A stretch of DNA of 64,000 nucleotides, taken from contig OZ024742.1 in assembly GCA_964016885.1 (NCBI GenBank), forward strand, positions 192,262,001 to 192,326,000, read 5' to 3'. The position numbers were made by a program, and so were the translations under genes. Shown in pieces: positions 61,378 to 64,000 of the stretch. The first letter of the stretch is position 1. The number at the start of each line of letters is the position of its first letter. The notes beneath the pieces were generated by a model. That model saw nothing but the letters and a program-made list of their open reading frames with translations, was not told the DNA's origin and ran no database searches. Source of the stretch: Eledone cirrhosa. Its lineage: Eukaryota.

Positions 61378-61480
61378 TAAAATAACAGATTAAAGTTTAA
61401 GCAAAGAAAGGTTGCTTTCACCCTTAACGGGATCTTCTGGAATATATATATATATTAGAGAGAGAAAGTGAGAGACTCTA

Positions 61481-61618
<138 letters not shown>

Positions 61619-61699
61619 CGCATAACGTTTGGTGTAGTCATAGTGTCACATAGCTTTTCTTGGGCATTTTGTAAACCCGACGGAGCCCAACCGTTCTTG

Positions 61700-62031
61700 T
61701 ATCGTAGGACCCCTTCGACCACAAAAGACCATGGGGTTGCACCTTGAAATTCTTCTCAGAGGCATAAGCCTAGACAAGGTTTGTTTGTGGAAGAACAGCT
61801 GTCATCTATTCATGCCAGTCTCCCCTGTCCATGCCACTAATATTGTCCAAGGCAAAGGCAATGGCCGATACAGCTTGGCACCAGTGACGTCATAACTCAT
61901 TTCTACAGCTGAATGAATTGGAGCAACGGGAAATAAAGTGTTTTTCTGAAGCACACAACGTACTGCCCAGTCCGGAATTCGTACTCACAACCTTAAGATT
62001 GTAAGGCCAACGCTCTAACCACTAAACCACG
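61700..62031 (-). mobile_element. tRNA-derived SINE sharing its central segment with family B; related fragment at 53835-54005
   Basis: Minus-strand A box TGGTTTAGTGG; ACTCATTTCTACAGCTGA..GGAGCA..GAAATAAAGT shared between the copies. Confidence 0.7.
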
Positions 62032-62110
62032 AGGAGTCGGTACGGCGACAATTGCGCGGAGGAAAACTGACAGAGAAATGACGTATAGTATGCATGTGTG
62101 TGTGTGTGTG

Positions 62111-62155
<45 letters not shown>

Positions 62156-62384
62156 GAGAGAGAGAGATTGAAATAAAAGAAAATATTTTTAAATGATGAA
62201 GATGATAATAATTATGATAATTAAGCTAGTGATGATAGTGATAAAAACGATGATGATGATAATGATAATTATATCTATCATAGATGATGACGATGATGAT
62301 GATAATCATGATTGTGATAAATGTGATAGCAACAGTGGTATGTGGGTTATCAATGTTGATGATGTGGATGATGAACATGTTAAC

Positions 62385-62422
<38 letters not shown>

Positions 62423-62898
62423 GGTTGGAGATGATGATAATTATGAGAATGATGATGGTAATAGCAGCACTGGTATGTGGGGGTGGGTTGACTCTTTTCA
62501 ATAACGATGCTGATGATGATGCTGTTCATGATGATGATGATGAGATAGTTTCTAGTGATGAGTATGACGAAAGTGGTAAAGATGGTAGTAGTATGAGGAT
62601 AATGAGAAACGTAAACCATTATTATCATCATCTTTGTCTTAACCATCTCACTAATGAAGATAAATATACTGATGATGGTGAGGATAATGGTGATGGTGGG
62701 GAAGATATGGAAAAGTGGGGAAGGCCATGTGTTTGATCTTGCCCACCAAAGTTAACTTATCACGAAGACAGACGCACATACATACATACATACACACATA
62801 CATACATACATACATACATACATACATACATACATACATACATACATACATACATACATACATACATACATACATACATACATACATACATACATACA

Positions 62899-63514
62899 GA
62901 AGACATCCATGTACATAATATGAAAGAATACCGCTGGAATGTTCCAGAAAAAAACCAATAAAATGCAGGCATAACAGACCAGATATTATGATATGGGACA
63001 GGGAGAAGAAATCATGCAGAGTAATGGAAATTAGCTGCCCAGCAGATGCCAATATAATGTCAAAGATTAGTGAAAAGGAGAATATTTATGCAGAACTGAT
63101 GAGAAATCTGCAGATACTCCACCCTGATTACACCTTCAGATTTATACCTGTGATTATTGGGGCAATGGGGTATGTTAGTAACTGCCTCAATACAAATCTT
63201 TAGAAGCTAGGCTTCACAGGAACAGAAAGAACACAACTAGTTAGGAAATTACAAGTACAATCCATTAATGGAACAGAATTGTGCATCTAATAACTGCATA
63301 TACACATGTACAGATACAAAGCATATACACATGCACACATACAACTCAAAACATACACATCCACACATACAATAACATCCATATCTACACATGCATGCAT
63401 ACATATCAACCTAGTTGATGTTGTGTAAATTCCAATGAGAGAGTCTTGTGTCTATGTTAGAAACCGACTCTCTCTCTATTGGTAAAACTTTGTGAAATTA
63501 TAAAACCAGAAGAA
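62899..63514 (+). mobile_element. R4/Dong-like non-LTR 3' fragment with restriction-like endonuclease, in (CATA)n
   Basis: CRHNRPDIMIWDREKKSCRVMEISCP..KENIYAEL..FIPVIIGAMG (RPD..E motif); (CATA)n on both flanks. Confidence 0.85.
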
Positions 63515-63916
63515 CATACATACACACATACATATATACATACATACACACACACACACATACATACACACATGCATACATACATACACACATACACACA
63601 CACACATACATACATACATACAGACAGACAGAGCAGACATACTTACATACATACTTACATACATGTATACATACATACTTACATACACATACATACACAC
63701 ATACGTACACACATACATACACACATACATACACACATACGTGTATACATACATACATAAAAACATACATACAAATATACATACGTATATACATGCATAC
63801 ATACAAACATACATACATATATGCACACACACACACACATACATACAATCATATGCATTCATTCATACATACATACATACATACATACATACATACATAC
63901 ATACATACATACATAC

Positions 63917-64000
63917 ACAAGGAGGACATCTACGGACCATTGATGAGGAGTTTACAAATCCAAGATACACCTTTAGCTTCATACCCATCATTATTGGAGC
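63917..64000 (+). mobile_element. Diverged R4/Dong-like fragment, runs off the window
   Basis: KEDIYGPLMRSLQI / YTFSFIPIIIG directly after (CATA)n. Confidence 0.7.

Overview
This is eukaryotic, very AT- and microsatellite-rich DNA, mostly intronic or intergenic. The SINE families and repeat landscape suggest an octopus (coleoid cephalopod); this is inference. Nearly all ORFs in the supplied track are translations of (TA)n, (CA)n, (GA)n or (CATA)n tracts. Real content: (1) A 5'-truncated Penelope-like element (PLE) at 41.4-44.7 kb with RT-thumb, linker and GIY-YIG remnants, CxCx5C and CxxC motifs like the Hydra clade, and 437-bp inverted pLTRs. (2) More than a dozen type I hammerhead ribozyme (HHR) motifs in short PLE-derived inserts inside (TA)n tracts. 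Many are fold-back palindromes; architectures range from minimal to an 80-nt branched stem II. (3) A young tRNA-derived SINE that repeatedly inserts into the tail of earlier copies. (4) R4/Dong-like and RTE LINE fragments tied to (CATA)n/(TATG)n, plus DNA-transposon relics. (5) A few unassigned candidate exons: a decaying Ser/Thr/Pro-repeat gene at 7.6-8.8 kb and minus-strand exons at about 22, 30, 57.5 and 60 kb. No host gene was identified by name. All folds and alignments were read by eye.
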